Of a stretch of 64,000 nucleotides of DNA, positions 50,758-64,000 are shown piece after piece. A program made the position numbers and the translations under genes. Within the stretch, counting starts at the first letter, position 1. Each line of letters starts with the position of its first letter. The stretch is from Eledone cirrhosa (lineage: Eukaryota), in NCBI GenBank assembly GCA_964016885.1, contig OZ024743.1, positions 187,736,001 through 187,800,000 on the forward strand, read 5' to 3'. The notes beneath the pieces are model-generated. The model was not told the origin of the DNA. It saw only the letters and a list, made by a program, of their open reading frames with translations, and ran no database searches.

Positions 50758-50950
50758 GGCGGTGGTTTGGCAGTATCGGTAGAGGGTCGGATGCCGTGCT
50801 TTCTAGCATAGTTACGTCCCTTTATGGTCTGAGATCAAATCCCGTCGAGGTTAACTTTGCCTTTCATCCTTACGGGGTCGATAAAATAAAGTACCAGTAA
50901 TGTACTGGTAATTGCTGGCCTTGTACCAAAAGTAGAAACAATTATTATTA
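50758..50950 (+). mobile_element. SINE family A, full length
   Basis: ggcggtggtttggcagtatcggtagag...gtagaaacaattatt. Confidence 0.88.
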
Positions 50951-50975
50951 ATATTACTTTTTTTTTAAAAATTCA

Positions 50976-53900
50976 ATGATGTCCCAAAACAATATAAAAG
51001 AGATAATTGGCAATAAGGGCAGGGGCCCCAGGGTATCACAGCCTGGGCCTGCTTGTCATCATGCCACTGTAATAGAGCCAAACAAGGCATTTAATATTGG
51101 CTGCTGGACCGTACGGACGCTGCTTGACAGGGATTCCTTGGAACGTCCTGAACCAAGGACTGCTCTTGTTGCAAAGGAGCTTCGACATTACGATCTTGAC
51201 ATCGTAGCTTTATCCGAGATGAGATTAGCTGGAGATGGTCATCTTACAGAATTTTGTGGAGAATATATATTCTTCTGGAAAGGAAGAGATGAAGGAACCA
51301 GAAGGGAGGCTGGGGTAGCATTTGCTGCTAAGACTGCACTTGTGGATAAAGTAGAAGAATTCCCAGTGGGGATTAGTGAGCGTCTTATGTCCATGAGAAT
51401 TCCGCTGGACAAAGGAAGATGTGTGACCCTGGTGAGTGTGTATCCCCAACTTTGAATTCTGTCGATGAAGAAAAAGTGTCTTTTTACCATGCCTTGAAAG
51501 GTGTTTTAAGAAATATCCCTCAGGCAGACAAGGTCATCATGCTTGGTGACTTTAATGCTAGAGTGGGTAGGGATTTTAACACATGGAATGTAATTGGAAG
51601 GCATGGGGTGGGAAAATGTAACAACAATGGAATGCTCCTGCTGCAGATGTGTGAGGAGCTGGGTCTGTGTGTTACCAACACCATGTTCCAACAAAAGAAC
51701 AAATTTAAGACCACATGGATCCATCCTGCAACTAAGGAATGGCATCTTTTGGACTACGTCCTTGTCAGGATGCGTGACAGATGGGATGTGCAGTGTGTTC
51801 ATGCTCTTCGTGGAGCTGAATGCTGGACGGACCACCGCCTGGTATACGCAAAAGTGAAACTAATCACTAAACGTAAAATCCGGGCTCCTGGTGTTACCCT
51901 GCCCAGCAGATTGAATGCTGCTCGTCTTAGAGATAAAAATGTGAAGAGGACATTGGAAGAAGAGATGCATGTTGCAAATCTTGGTGAGGATTGGCCGACT
52001 CTTAAAAAGTTGGTCTATGATGTAGGCAGGCGTATTCTGGGATTGGTGCAGAGAAAATATCAAGACTGGTTTAATGAGAATGATGAACATATAGAAGACT
52101 TGTTGGATCATAAGAGCGTCTTATGTCCATGAGAATTCCGCTGGACAAAGGAAGATGTGTGACCTTGGTGAGTGTGTATCCTCCAACTTTGAATTCTGTG
52201 CCCATGCCTTCCAAGAGGCGTGTTCTGTCATGCTACTTGACAGCAAAACAACAGGAGAAGGATATGTTGCATAAAGAACTCAAGGATGTGAAATCATGTG
52301 TTAGGTGGAGTCTTTCTCAGATGAAGGATAAGTGGTGGAGTGAGAAGGCTGATGAGATACAAGCTGCATCAGATTTCAATAACACAAAGCTGTTGTACAG
52401 TCTCTTGCGTGAAGTTTATGGACTGTCTTCTTCTCTGGTGACACCGCTTCGCAGCAAGGTTGGCAAGGAACTTCTTTGTGACTCACAAGGAATTCTACAA
52501 AGGTGGCGAGAGCACTTTGATGAACTTTTGAATCAGCCGTCTGTCGTCAATGAAGATTTCCTCAATCTCATTCCAGAAAAACCTGTAGCTCTTGCAGAAC
52601 CTTTGACGCTTGTGGAGGTTGCAGTAGCTATCTCGAAGCTGAACAGTGGAAAGTCTCCAGATATGGATGGCATACATGCAGAGCTCCTACAATATGGTGG
52701 TGAGAAACTTCTGCAACATCTTCACTCTTTGTTTGGCAGGATATGGGCTAGTGAATCCGTACCTGAGGACTAGAGAAATGCAGTAATAGTGGTCTTGTAT
52801 GAGGGGAAAGGGTAACAAGAATGATTGTGGAAACTATAGAGGTATATCATTGTTTTCAGTCGTAGGAAAATTTTTATGTATAGTGCTTCTGGACCGTCTG
52901 CTGACACACATTGCAGAAAGTCAATATGGTTTTCGTGCTGGACGCGGCACTACTGTTGTGATCTTCTCAGCTAGACAGCTCCAGGAGAAGTGCATGGAAC
53001 AAGGTTTGGATCTGTATCAGGTTTTTGTCGATCTGAAAAAAGCTTTCGATACTGTTAACAGAAATGCATTGTCGAAGGTTCTCCAGAAACTTGGTTTCCC
53101 TGATAAGTTCTTTGCTTTGGTTAGGTCTTTCCATGATGACATGAAGGCTTGGGTTAATGTCAGAGGTAACATGCCAGAGCCTATCTCAGTAAAATATGGA
53201 GTGAAATAGTAGGATATTCCAGCACTGACCCTGTTTGTCATATACTTTGCAATGGTTTTCTATATTGCATTCAGGAATTGCAAGCATGGTGTTTACATCC
53301 ATTATCGAACCTCATACAGCATCAGGCACTTTGCTGCAAAAACAAAAGTATTTACATCAATCATAAGAGATCTCTTGTATGCAGATGATTGCGATCTTGT
53401 AGCGCACATAGAAAATGATATGCAGCACATTTTGAATGCATTTTCTGATGCTTTCACTGCCCTAGGATTGACTGTCAGTCTCAAGAAAACCATCGTCATG
53501 TACCAACCTGCCCCTCATAAGCAGTACAATGAACCAAATATCTATGTGTATGGTAAACGACTTGGAGTAGTTGATCAGTTTGTCTACCTGAGAAGCACTG
53601 TCAATCGATACAGCAACCTTGATAATGAAATTCCACTCAGGATTAGGAAAGCAAGTGATGCTTTTGGAAAGCTAGAAAGGTGACTCTGGGGTCGGCGAGA
53701 CATATGCAAGAAGACAAAGGTAAAGGTGTACAAGGCATGTATGCTCTCTTCTCTTCTTTATGCCTGCGAGACCTGGGTCACATATCGACATCACCTTAAA
53801 CAATTGGAGCAGTTCCATAAGATGTGTCTCAGGCGGATCCATGGCGTTCACTGGAAGGACCACATTAGTGATGTCGAGATTTTGGAAAGCTCTCTGTGTG

Positions 53901-54622
53901 ACAGTATAGAAGCTCTTGTGCTTAAGCGAAGACTCCATTGGAGTGGTCACATTGCCAGGATGAAGGATTCTAGAATACCAAAACAACTCTTTTATGGAGA
54001 GTTAGTTAAAGGTAAACGACCTCAACATAAACCAAAAAAGAGGTATAAGGATTCATTGAAAGCCTCTTTGAAAGATGCTAACATCTCTGCTGATACATGG
54101 GAAAATATTGCTGCTGATCATAATAAATGGAGAAAGCCTGTATATGAGGGGAAAGTTGCCTTTGAGGCATCTCGAATCGCATGCGAGAAAGTAAAGAGGG
54201 ATATAAGGAAGGGCATTACTGTTAAGGGCATTACCATCCAGACAGCGGAGGTCCTCCTATCGTGCTGACATGCAGCGTCTGTGTGAGACTCTGCCTGAGC
54301 AAAGCTGGACTCGAAAGTCATCTTTGCAGTCATAAAGTGAGACCAGTGGTTGACTACCAGGCTACTATTGGAGATGCTACTCATCATGCCTGCCAAGCAT
54401 GTGGTAGAGAATGTAAATCAGCAGGAGGGCTCAAACAACATGCACAAGTACATGAACTCCAACCACAGCCGGCTATTCCCAGTGAATGTTTTGGTTGCCA
54501 ACTCTGTGCAAGACATTTTAGATCATTGGCTTGGCTAAAAAGCCACATTCGCTCGCAGCACTGTTAATTGTTATATAATTGTTATATATATATATAATTA
54601 TTATTATTATTATTATTATTAT
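50976..54622 (+). mobile_element. Near full-length BovB-like RTE LINE (APE-RT-3xC2H2), pseudogenised
   Basis: IGCWTVRTLLD..ERPEPRTALVAKEL, GDFNARVG, WHLLDY, TDH; NYRGISL, QYGFRAGRGT, FVDLKKAFDTV, LLYADDC, LLYACETW, WSGHIARM; C2H2 fingers; (att)n tail. Confidence 0.93.
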
Positions 54623-54627
54623 TGTAA

Positions 54628-55180
54628 GGATGGTGAATTGGCAGTATGAGTAGAGAGTTGGACACCATGCTTTGCAGTATAGAGTTACGGCCCGTTATGG
54701 TCTGAGTTCAAATTCCGTCAAGGTTAACTTTGCCTTTCATCCTTATGGGGTTGATAAAATAAAGTACCTACCAGTAATACACTGGGATAATTGCTGGCCT
54801 TGTGCTAAAAGTAGAAATTATTATTATTTTTGTTCATGCTTTCCAGCATAATTACGTCCCTTTACGATCTGAGTTCAAATCCCGCCGAGGTTGACTTTAC
54901 CTTTCATCCTTACGGGGTCGATAAAATAAAGTACCAGTAATGCACTGGCCTTGTGCCTAAAGTAGAAACAATTATTTTTGTTATATAGGGGCGGTGGATT
55001 GGCAGTATTCGTAGAGGGTCGGCCACCATGCCTTGACGCATAGAGTTACAGCCCTTGCCATTCTGAGTTCAAATCCCGTCGAGGTTAACTTTGCCTTTCA
55101 TCCTTACGGGGTCGATAAAATAAAGTACCAGTAATACATTGGGATAATTGGTGGCCTTGTGCCAAACGTAGAAATGATTA
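54628..55180 (+). mobile_element. Three tandem SINE family A copies (54628-54826, 54835-54975, 54988-55180)
   Basis: Repeated B-box, body and tail. Confidence 0.88.
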
Positions 55181-55445
55181 TTATTGTTGTTATTATTATT
55201 TTTTTTTCGTGCAATGGCCATACTCGATAACGAGGCGGCAGTCATGATATATATATATAAAGGTTTACATATACATAAAGTTATAGATATATATATATGT
55301 TGCAACCGGTTATTTGTCGGAGATTTCTTCATAAGAGCCTTTCTTCTTATAGCTTGGTCTAATTGATTTTTTATATGGTTAATTATGGTAATTAGAAGAG
55401 GAAATAGTATATATATTTATCTAATAATTCTAAGGACATGATTTA

Positions 55446-55499
<54 letters not shown>

Positions 55500-55707
55500 G
55501 AATGTTATAGTTTGCTTGAATCATTGTTGAATAGGAAATACAAATTTAAATAATTTTGAAAACCATACAATGCATTAGAAAGAAAATCAAGATTGCTAAG
55601 ATAACAAAAGAATGTTACCTTAGCAAATTTGATAAATATTTTCAGGTTCAAAAACCCATTATCAAGGGAGTTACCCTATGAGAGACTTGAAAGATTTATT
55701 GGTTGGC

Positions 55708-55708
<1 letters not shown>

Positions 55709-55793
<85 letters not shown>
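55709..55793. repeat. (GA)n microsatellite
   Basis: Directly visible. Confidence 0.95.
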
Positions 55794-55794
<1 letters not shown>

Positions 55795-56076
55795 GGGCAG
55801 ATAGAGAGGGGGATTAGGGCATATTGACAACTAAACAATATCATGTATCATAACTGCTTATCATATTGTTTAAATATTTGAACTTTGGTAAACTAATTGA
55901 CAATCCACCAAGAAAAAATCATACTGTCCAGTCTTTTAAATATGTGACATAAAACCAACCACCTTAAGATGTCACATTCATAACTGATGTCAACATTTTC
56001 AGTTATCTAATATATTTTGAAAAATTTTATTTAATTGACTACAACAGATTAAAGTTGTCTGAACATAACTCTAGAA

Positions 56077-56324
56077 CAGGAATGGGCAACCTTTTTTGAG
56101 AAGCGGGCCAAATGAGATATGGCTCATCATCAGGTGGGCTGCAATTTACATTCATGCCCACATTAAAAAAAAAGGGCGGTACTCAGGTTGTTTTGATTTG
56201 TTTCTTCAGAATTCGTACAGGTTGTTTTCCTCAATCGTAAAAATGATAGAAAGATAAATTACGATTGAAAAGTTGGGGTAAAAAGATCAGAAAGATTTCA
56301 CGGGCCACAGGTTGCCCATGATTG
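56077..56324. mobile_element. hAT (Charlie-type) MITE, 248 bp
   Basis: TIRs CAGGAATGGGCAACCT / AGGTTGCCCATGATTG; perfect 8-bp TSD CTCTAGAA. Confidence 0.9.
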
Positions 56325-57067
56325 CTCTAGAAAATGGTAGTCAAATGCCAGATTTAATACAGCAAAAAATTAATGCAAATTCAAACAATACTCTGTAAAT
56401 TTCTGTTAGAAAATGTACATTGCTTCAGAGAAAAGGAATAAATACACTCAAAGTTCATACATTCCATCACAAGTTGATGAAGAATCTAAACTCAAGAGAA
56501 TACTCTAAATAATACACAAAGCATTGTATATTTACATTGAAATACCACTGTAGCTGAGTTGACATTGTATTGTTTTTTCAAAAAATTTTGAGTGACAGAT
56601 TTTCTTAGTCTGTATGTTTAAGTGTCTCTGTATATACATGTTGATACAAGTTTGTGAGAAATTTCTCGGTGCTAAAATGTTACGAGAGAGGGATAGAATG
56701 AAACAGCAAATGACAGTCATTTATATTTTTTTAAGCAAGAGGTTATTTCACCAAAAGTTGTGATAAATTGGCCAAAATTAGTTCAAACAAACAAATGAAA
56801 CATAAAAAAGTACTTTTGTTACCATGTAGAAAAAGCAACCAAAAGAAATATATTGACTACATGTTTCCATGAAACTTTTCTGATTTTATGATCATGCTCA
56901 GAACTAACAAGTTAACAGTTCAAATATGTCAAGAAACCCTTGTTATATTACTCATTTTGAAAAGAGCTTGCTGAAAAGTAATGAATATAATAAAAATACC
57001 AAGATAGTCTTACTTGAAATCTTAACCAAGGAATTGTACCTATCGTGCTGGTCAATGGTCAGATCTA

Positions 57068-57281
57068 TAAGGGTTGGCTGAAAAGTTAATAAGCTGAAGC
57101 GTTCATAGGCTAACTAAGATACTCTCATGGAATGATCAAATGAGGTTTATTTTTCAACATAGTCCCTGGAAAGAAACAATGCAGTTATCAATAAGCAAAG
57201 CTTAAATTAATGCATGAAAGATTTCACAGCTTTAGCATTATTCCTTTATTATCAGCCTACAAACTTTTCAGCCCATTCCCG
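57068..57281. mobile_element. Mariner-type MITE
   Basis: Reverse-orientation paralogue of 25418-25618; TA at both ends. Confidence 0.8.
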
Positions 57282-59920
57282 TAATTCTTACAACTGGAGA
57301 AGAAGTGTTGCATTGGACTGGTTTGAAGGTAAGCTCAATGTTGTGTTGCATTCAAAGAGTATCTTTTGCAGTCTGTCAATGCTGACATTTTTCTTCCTCT
57401 TCTTGTCTTGGATGAAGTACTTTGATGTTTACAGAATATGGCAGTTGAAGTGGAGCTTGCATAGCATCATTTCAAATGAATACATGTGTTCACCTCTAAA
57501 TATCAGATGGAATGTGAGTAGTGATATTATGAGGATGTGATGCAGTAGATGTAAGACTTGGCAAGTAGGGTAAATGATACACATGGATCTGGAAGGATCT
57601 GAATGAATCAGAGGCAATCATTTAACTGGTTATTGTCAGCATGGTACAACAAATAAGTTTGGTTTGTGTGTAATCGATTCTTCTTATAGTGGGAGAACGA
57701 TTTACTAGAAAAATATGAGGAAGGTATTTCAACTAGTTACTATCAGGGTATATTTTGAAAGCAAAGAATCATTCCATAATGCCATTGGGTGCAGGATATG
57801 AAGCAGTTGTGCATGACCACTTAGAAGCTAAGAGATGTATCATTTTGATAAAGAAAGCCTGAAATCTAATGTTGAACAAGAACCTTAACAATCGATTCTA
57901 TCATGATATGAAGCAGGGGAATGAGTTCAGGTCACTAGAAAAATTGTCAGCCCAATCTGTGAAAGAAGCAGTGATCTTCTTAAATTAATACTCACATGCT
58001 GTATAAAGAGGATTTTGATGATAAAAGAACTGAGAAAATTATCAAATTGATAGAAAGATGAAGTAGGTCAGACAATACCATGGCTGAAACATGATTATAA
58101 CACCCAAGGTGAAGATGCTCATTCTAATAAAGAAAGGAAAGAAGCCAATTTTCAGGCTGGAGCAACTCTATTTCCATTGATTTTTCCAGTGCTGTTTCTA
58201 TCTGTTCATTACACTCTTGGCAGAAGTGTCACTGCTTTCTATTGACAGATGCTGAGATTTGAATTCAGAATGCACAAAGCTAGAACAAATAGCACAAAAC
58301 ATCCTGTTTGATATTTTAGCAATTCTACCAAACCACTGTCTCTAATTTGGTACTGTGTTTATTGAGCCTGAACAGGAAGAAAGTAAAATTGACTTCAGTG
58401 AGATTTGAACTTAGTGCAGACAGTCAGAATAAATGCTGCGAATATTTCTGTTTGATACCCTAATGAATCTACCAATAATTCCATCATCATTTTACATACT
58501 GACATGGGTTGGATGGATCGTTTCTGTCACAGAATCCTCACACTCATTGCTGTCCTTCATCATCTCCATGAGTTTCAGGCACTCTTTGGTCTTCTTCGAC
58601 TGCACATTCCTTCCATTGAGATTTCTTGAACCCTAACAATAATGATAATTCCTCATCTCAGGAATTCATATAAAATTTAAAGTCATTACTTCAAGGCATG
58701 ATAACCCTAAGTGATTGAAATATAATGTGATTGAAAGGTTAGTCATTACACTTGGGCATCCACAGTGGGGAAGTCACTCCCATGTCAAAAGCAACAATAT
58801 GGGAAATAGAAGTCCACTCCAATTTATGTACTACAGGTTGCCTCAAATGGTGGAAAGGATCATTGTATATCATAGATCAGCTATCATTCACCTTAAATAG
58901 GACCTCTCCTGGCTAGTAAGCTGCAAAGCCACCACAATTTGTTTCTTTCTTTAGGCTTGGAGTTCAAAAGATTGACTTGACAGGCAGACTAAAAGTGCAT
59001 ATTTTCTCTCAATTTATTTAATTATTTATTCAATTTATTTAATTATTGGCATGAGTTAATATACTATTTTAATATAAACTAATATATAAAGGTTAAAAGA
59101 TCATGCAGTGTTGGTTTAGTTTTGCTGAAATATTATTCAAGCATAATTAGCATCAGGATTAGAGAAGATTGTGTTGTGTGAAATTGTTTTTGTCAAATTT
59201 CTTGCATGATTTTAGCTAATTTATCATTTATGGAAATGCTGTAATATAATTTCCAGATATGCTACTGATATTAATAACTATCATTGATGATTCATTAAAA
59301 ATGATTGATGTAAATTATAAATGAAGTTAGCTGCCTTGATTGGATATGGAACCTATGATGATTTGAGTCATTCAAAGCTTAATAACTCTCATGTGACTAT
59401 ATATTTTCAAATGCCTCCTGACACATATGGCTACTTTCCAAACGTTAGAGCTTGTTTTTACTTTATTGAAATCTTAGCTGTCCTTATCATTATCATAAAT
59501 TCAATTCCCAAACTCTTTTCATTCCACAGCAACAGTTTTGCCGTTCAATTTACCAGACCTATTCTAATTTATCCACGACAAAGGATTGAGTCTTTATTTA
59601 TTCTTTTTACTTCTCTTAAGATCATCTCTATTACCCATTGCAGAAGAATAAAATATATGGATTCACTTGTCTCTCCAGTTTTCATTGATTAAACAAATGT
59701 AGGGAAAGGTTACTTTAATCAGAAACATGGCAACTTGCATCTTCCATTTGACTAAGCCTTTCCAAGCTATTTTATTTGCTGTTTCCGTAACTATTTCAGA
59801 TATATACTTCAATTACCATACATAATCATTGGTACTATGTATATAATATATATTTGTAGGCAATGAATGATATAAACTGTCCACCTAGAGCAGGGAGAGG
59901 TAAATGAAAAAAGGAATCTG

Positions 59921-60253
59921 TCATCATCATCATCATCAACACTACTGCAACTGCCACCACCACTTTCATTACCTCTGTTGTCAGGGCTGCAGCTGCTACT
60001 ACTGCTGCTTCCATCAGCACCACCACTACCACCATCACCACCACCAAGAACAACAACACAGCCACCACCAACATAACCAACATGACCTCCAGGGCCACCA
60101 CTATGACGACGACGACCACCACGACTCTCACCATACCACCAGCACAACCACCACCAAAACCACCACCAAAACCATCACCATCCCTACCATCAGCAACACA
60201 ACCACCACCACCACCACTACCAGCATCATCATTATCATCAGCATCAGCAGCAA
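59921..60253. repeat. Degenerate trinucleotide repeat (CAC/CAT/CAA)n
   Basis: Directly visible; source of low-complexity ORFs. Confidence 0.9.
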
Positions 60254-61384
60254 CATATGTATGTTTAGAATGTGAGTGTATGTGTGGATATGATTTCTTT
60301 ATAACTCTCTTACTATATCTCTCTCTCTCTTGCACTCTTTCTCCCTCTTTCTCTCCCTCTTTCACTACCCCCCCTCCCCACTCCTATTCTTTCTCTTTCC
60401 CTCTATTGCATCCATTCTCTCCCTCACTCAGCTCACATACCACAGAATGCCTTGAGTCATTTCTATCTAACATCCCCTATCGCTTTCTTTATTTCCAGCT
60501 ATCTCTAGTCATTTCTCCTGCCATATCTTCAATTCTCTCCAGTTATTTATCCCCCTGCAATAATCACAAAATGGTTTCTTATATATCTTCTTCAGTATAA
60601 CATTTTTAGATCAAATTGAACTTATTGTCATTGCTGGAGACATGTTTCCAACCAGTGACTGACAGAAATTTGTAAGCCAACACCAAACCATCAAGCACAG
60701 TTATTAATCATGATGATGGTGATGATGATGATCATCATCATCATCATCGCAGTTTAATATCTATTCTCTATGATTGCATGGGTTAGATGGACTGTCAGTC
60801 ATGTTATGAAGCCTGACAGGACAGGTGACTATGTCCTGCTCATATGTTTCATTTTTGGCTTGGTTTTCTATAGCTGTTTACTCTTATTAATGCCAACCAC
60901 TTTATATCATTGCCTGGGAGCTTTTTCGTTATGCCATCAGTATTTCCTTACAAAGTGAACTGTGTGTTTTTTCCTGTACTTGTGCCATGGCAAAATGCAC
61001 CCAGTTCAGTCTGTAAGGTTGTAGTGTCGGCAACAGGAAAGAAAGCTCGCAATACAGGTTGTAGGGTGGTTGACATTACGAAGGGCATCTAGATTAATAT
61101 TCATTTATGTATAATCCATATCTGTTCATATGTCTTTTAGCTTTCTGTATCAAACTAATTTCTGAAATATAGTCATTATATGATTGCATAGTTCACAGCT
61201 AAATGGGAGCATGTATGGCTGTAAGGTTTGCAGTGCAGTTATATGTTTCTGGGTTTGATCCAACTTTGACCATGTGTTTTCTACCATAGACTCAAATCTA
61301 ATAATACCTTATTAATAGAATTTAGTAGGAAGAATCTGTCAAAAATGTTTATATAGACTTGAGCCTGGAATAAAGTGTCAGCCA

Positions 61385-61975
61385 TACTGAGGATGACATA
61401 GTGGAAGAACAGCAAAGTGGATAGAGCCAGTAAAGCCAAGAGACAGGCATGGACAGACTGGAAAATTGGTGGAAGTAGAAACCAGTACCAGGTAGCAAAG
61501 AGAAAAGCTAGAAGACAGGTATACACAACTCAGACACAGACGCTGAAAAAAAGAAAGCTTATTAATGTCTTGATATGTGATGATCACAGATGTGAAGTGT
61601 TGTGCATAGCATGGCAGTGTGTTATTGTAAATCAAGATGGTGTTAGGGAAACATTTTTTAGAAATGATGCTGGTGCACTTAGCACCACTGATACTCAAAT
61701 GAAAGAGGCCTGGAAATGTTACTATGAGAGACTGATGAATGTAGAGAATGAATGGGAGGAAGAGAGACTACCCACAGCTCACCCAACAGAAAGACCAGTT
61801 ATTGAAGTTGACAATGGAAGGGTCAAAGAAGCTATCAAAGAGACAAAGAATGGTAAAGCTGCGGGACCATCAAAGATAGCTGCTGAGAAGCTAAATACAT
61901 CAGGAGAAGTAGGAGTGAGTCTAGTAACCCACATAGTCAATCAGGTAATACAAGATGGTGTCATAACTCGTGCAG
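61385..61975 (+). mobile_element. RTE internal fragment, same family as 34245-36383
   Basis: RNDAGALS..KEAWKCYYERLMNVENEW..KNGKAAGPS. Confidence 0.85.
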
Positions 61976-62181
61976 CAGTACAATCACAAACTTCTTAGTA
62001 TCAATACTTTCCATGAGAAAAATTAAAGTCAGATACTTTTTCAACAGATCTTGTATATATAAACATACATATGTATATATAATCCAAAATATATAGCAGC
62101 CAAAAAAGTAAAAAGGCAAGAACACAGTACAATAAAGGTTATTAGGTAGGAGCTTAAATGTAAAAGGAAATAAGTTAATGT

Positions 62182-62217
62182 CTTTACAGCTTCATGCATT
62201 TGTCCTTCATCAGAAAG
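62182..62217 (-). ncRNA. Decayed minimal hammerhead relic
   Basis: cuuu CUGAUGA aggac aaau gcau GAAGC ugua aag; stem II and GAAA are mutated; flank resembles 24935-25060. Confidence 0.4.
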
Positions 62218-62649
62218 AAAGAAAAAATTATGGAATAAATCAGATTAAGTAAAAGAAACAAGTAAAAAGTAAGAATTGGGATTATGTATAGAAATTGGAT
62301 GATAAGGGAGTATTTTAAGGAGGTGGGATGGAAACACTGCCCTGAGTACCAGAAAAGTTTCCAAAATTGCTTCTTTTAGCATCTGAAAATATTGATATTA
62401 TCTCATCTATAAGGATATATTAAATATCCTTCCTGGAGATGAAACAGTTCTCTTCAGGCATGATGACTTTTCACATCAGGCTGAGCTACGTTAATTGACT
62501 ACAGCATACTTAAATACACTAAATGTTTCATGCTTGTCATCACAGATATTAAAATTAAAGGCTAATACTGTATTTCTTTTTCTACATACAATTGACCAAG
62601 TTATTGACATGTCTAATGGTGCATGCTTAGTTATTCATGACATTGAAGC

Positions 62650-63230
62650 AAAAAGTATTAAGATAATACCAAGTGTCATATTTTCATTAGTAGGTAACAA
62701 GTCCTCCTTTTACATTCCATGACAATTTCCTATCAAACTAGTAATGGCAATGACAATTAATAAATCATAATATTCATAGCATTCTTACATGGACAAATAT
62801 GTGTTGCCTTTCCCAGCATCTTCACATGGCAGACAGAATTGAATGTATGTATATCCAATATATCCAATCCAGAGCCTTCTCACTCTTGTTGGAGAACCTC
62901 TTCATAGTTGAATTCAACAGATTTCTGTTTGATTTTGGTCATGTCAGGGGTGTAGCCATACTCACCATGCTTGGCCAATTGCAGATTGGTGAGACTATAT
63001 TTAACCCATACTTGGACTAGATGGCATTGACTCAGAGGAGTTCATCCACCCTTTTTGCAGCTCTTGTTTTTTGTGCCACTGGGGTTCCACTTACACACCT
63101 CACCAGACACTGATCTGGTGGAGGAGTCAGTTTGGTTGCCAACCACTTAACCATGAAGCAGGTTGTACTGGGTAACATGGTACCAGTAGCAGGCAGAAGC
63201 CTCACCTGATATATATATATACCCAACCCC
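62650..63230 (-). mobile_element. Decayed RTE 5' end with HDV-like ribozyme relic
   Basis: Minus strand tgctactggtaccatgttacccagtacaacctg matches 11527-11559. Confidence 0.45.
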
Positions 63231-64000
63231 AGCAAAAAAGTTGTTTACAAAGAAATTCCTATTTAGAAAGATTTCTGACAATAACAACATCAATACAGGT
63301 TACAGCCACACACAACATCAAACAATATTTACCTGTACAACATCTGCCAGGTGTCATTAATTACAAAATATGGACAAATATCATTTTGTTCCCATTCATT
63401 TCCAATTCTATATTTTTCTTTGATTGCCTATTTAACAATGTATCACATGAATTCATCATCATTATTTTTTTTTGTTGCATTTTCCATACAGGCATTGGTT
63501 GGAGGGGACTTTCCAAGGTAACATTTTATAGGTAGATGTCCTTCTTGAAACCAACCATATTACTTTCAGGAATATGGTGTTCTTGCACTAAACAGGATAC
63601 ACACAGTAATTTTTATACCAACTTCATTTTTTTTGTTTTTGTCTTTTTATGAATGATTAAATCAAAGCACTAACAATTTCCTATAACATTACTACAGCAC
63701 ATGACATTAAATCATCTAGTAATGAAGGCATACATCACACTTAAAGAGTGTTCAAATTAATATATCATACTTCATCCATTCACATTTTTATTTCATACTT
63801 CCATTTCTGAAATCACTTCCCACTTTTTAATATTTCAATGAAAATTACACTTTAGCAACAATATTACAAACTCACAAATGTGAAAACTACCACACAACTG
63901 CAGCTAAATGAATTACAAAATTATTTCTGTACACATCATCAGTGACAAGGGAACAGAATTACAGACGATTCATTCATCATTCATTTTTATTTTTCTATCT

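Noticed and set aside
55621-57064. Candidate minus-strand exons (55621-55677, 56538-56627, 57014-57064)
   Set aside because: Short open frames with plausible splice sites but no recognisable homology; expected by chance in AT-rich DNA.
57330-58250. Possible decayed CR1-type LINE (also a FADD-like motif near 12067)
   Set aside because: Too degenerate to assign by eye.
59809-60600. His/Pro/Val-rich ORFs
   Set aside because: Products of trinucleotide repeats, open in several frames on both strands.

Overview
AT-rich, microsatellite-dense eukaryotic DNA with no host protein-coding gene that I can demonstrate. The SINE and RTE repertoire suggests a coleoid cephalopod (octopus-like); this is an inference. 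The window is a mosaic of decayed mobile elements: a near full-length Tx1-clade LINE in a head-to-tail stack of three, a near full-length BovB-like RTE with three C-terminal C2H2 fingers, an RTE with a PHD finger inside its RT, a CRE-type endonuclease fragment, a Chapaev3 transposon with both ends and its TSD, hAT and Tc1/mariner MITEs, a foldback element, and many tRNA-derived SINEs. The most notable structure is at 47181-49477: a young, ORF-less 558-bp unit, present as three direct copies plus an inverted ~640-bp arm and bounded by (TA)n. Each full unit carries a type I hammerhead ribozyme with intact core motifs and a palindromic stem III. It sits next to a Penelope-like RT fragment that has its own, different hammerhead. 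The array looks like a retrozyme-type non-autonomous element, possibly copied from a circular RNA. Other hammerhead relics, HDV-like ribozyme relics and a candidate minus-strand promoter/first exon (~46.2-46.4 kb) are also present. All structures were read by eye; coordinates of degenerate elements are approximate.
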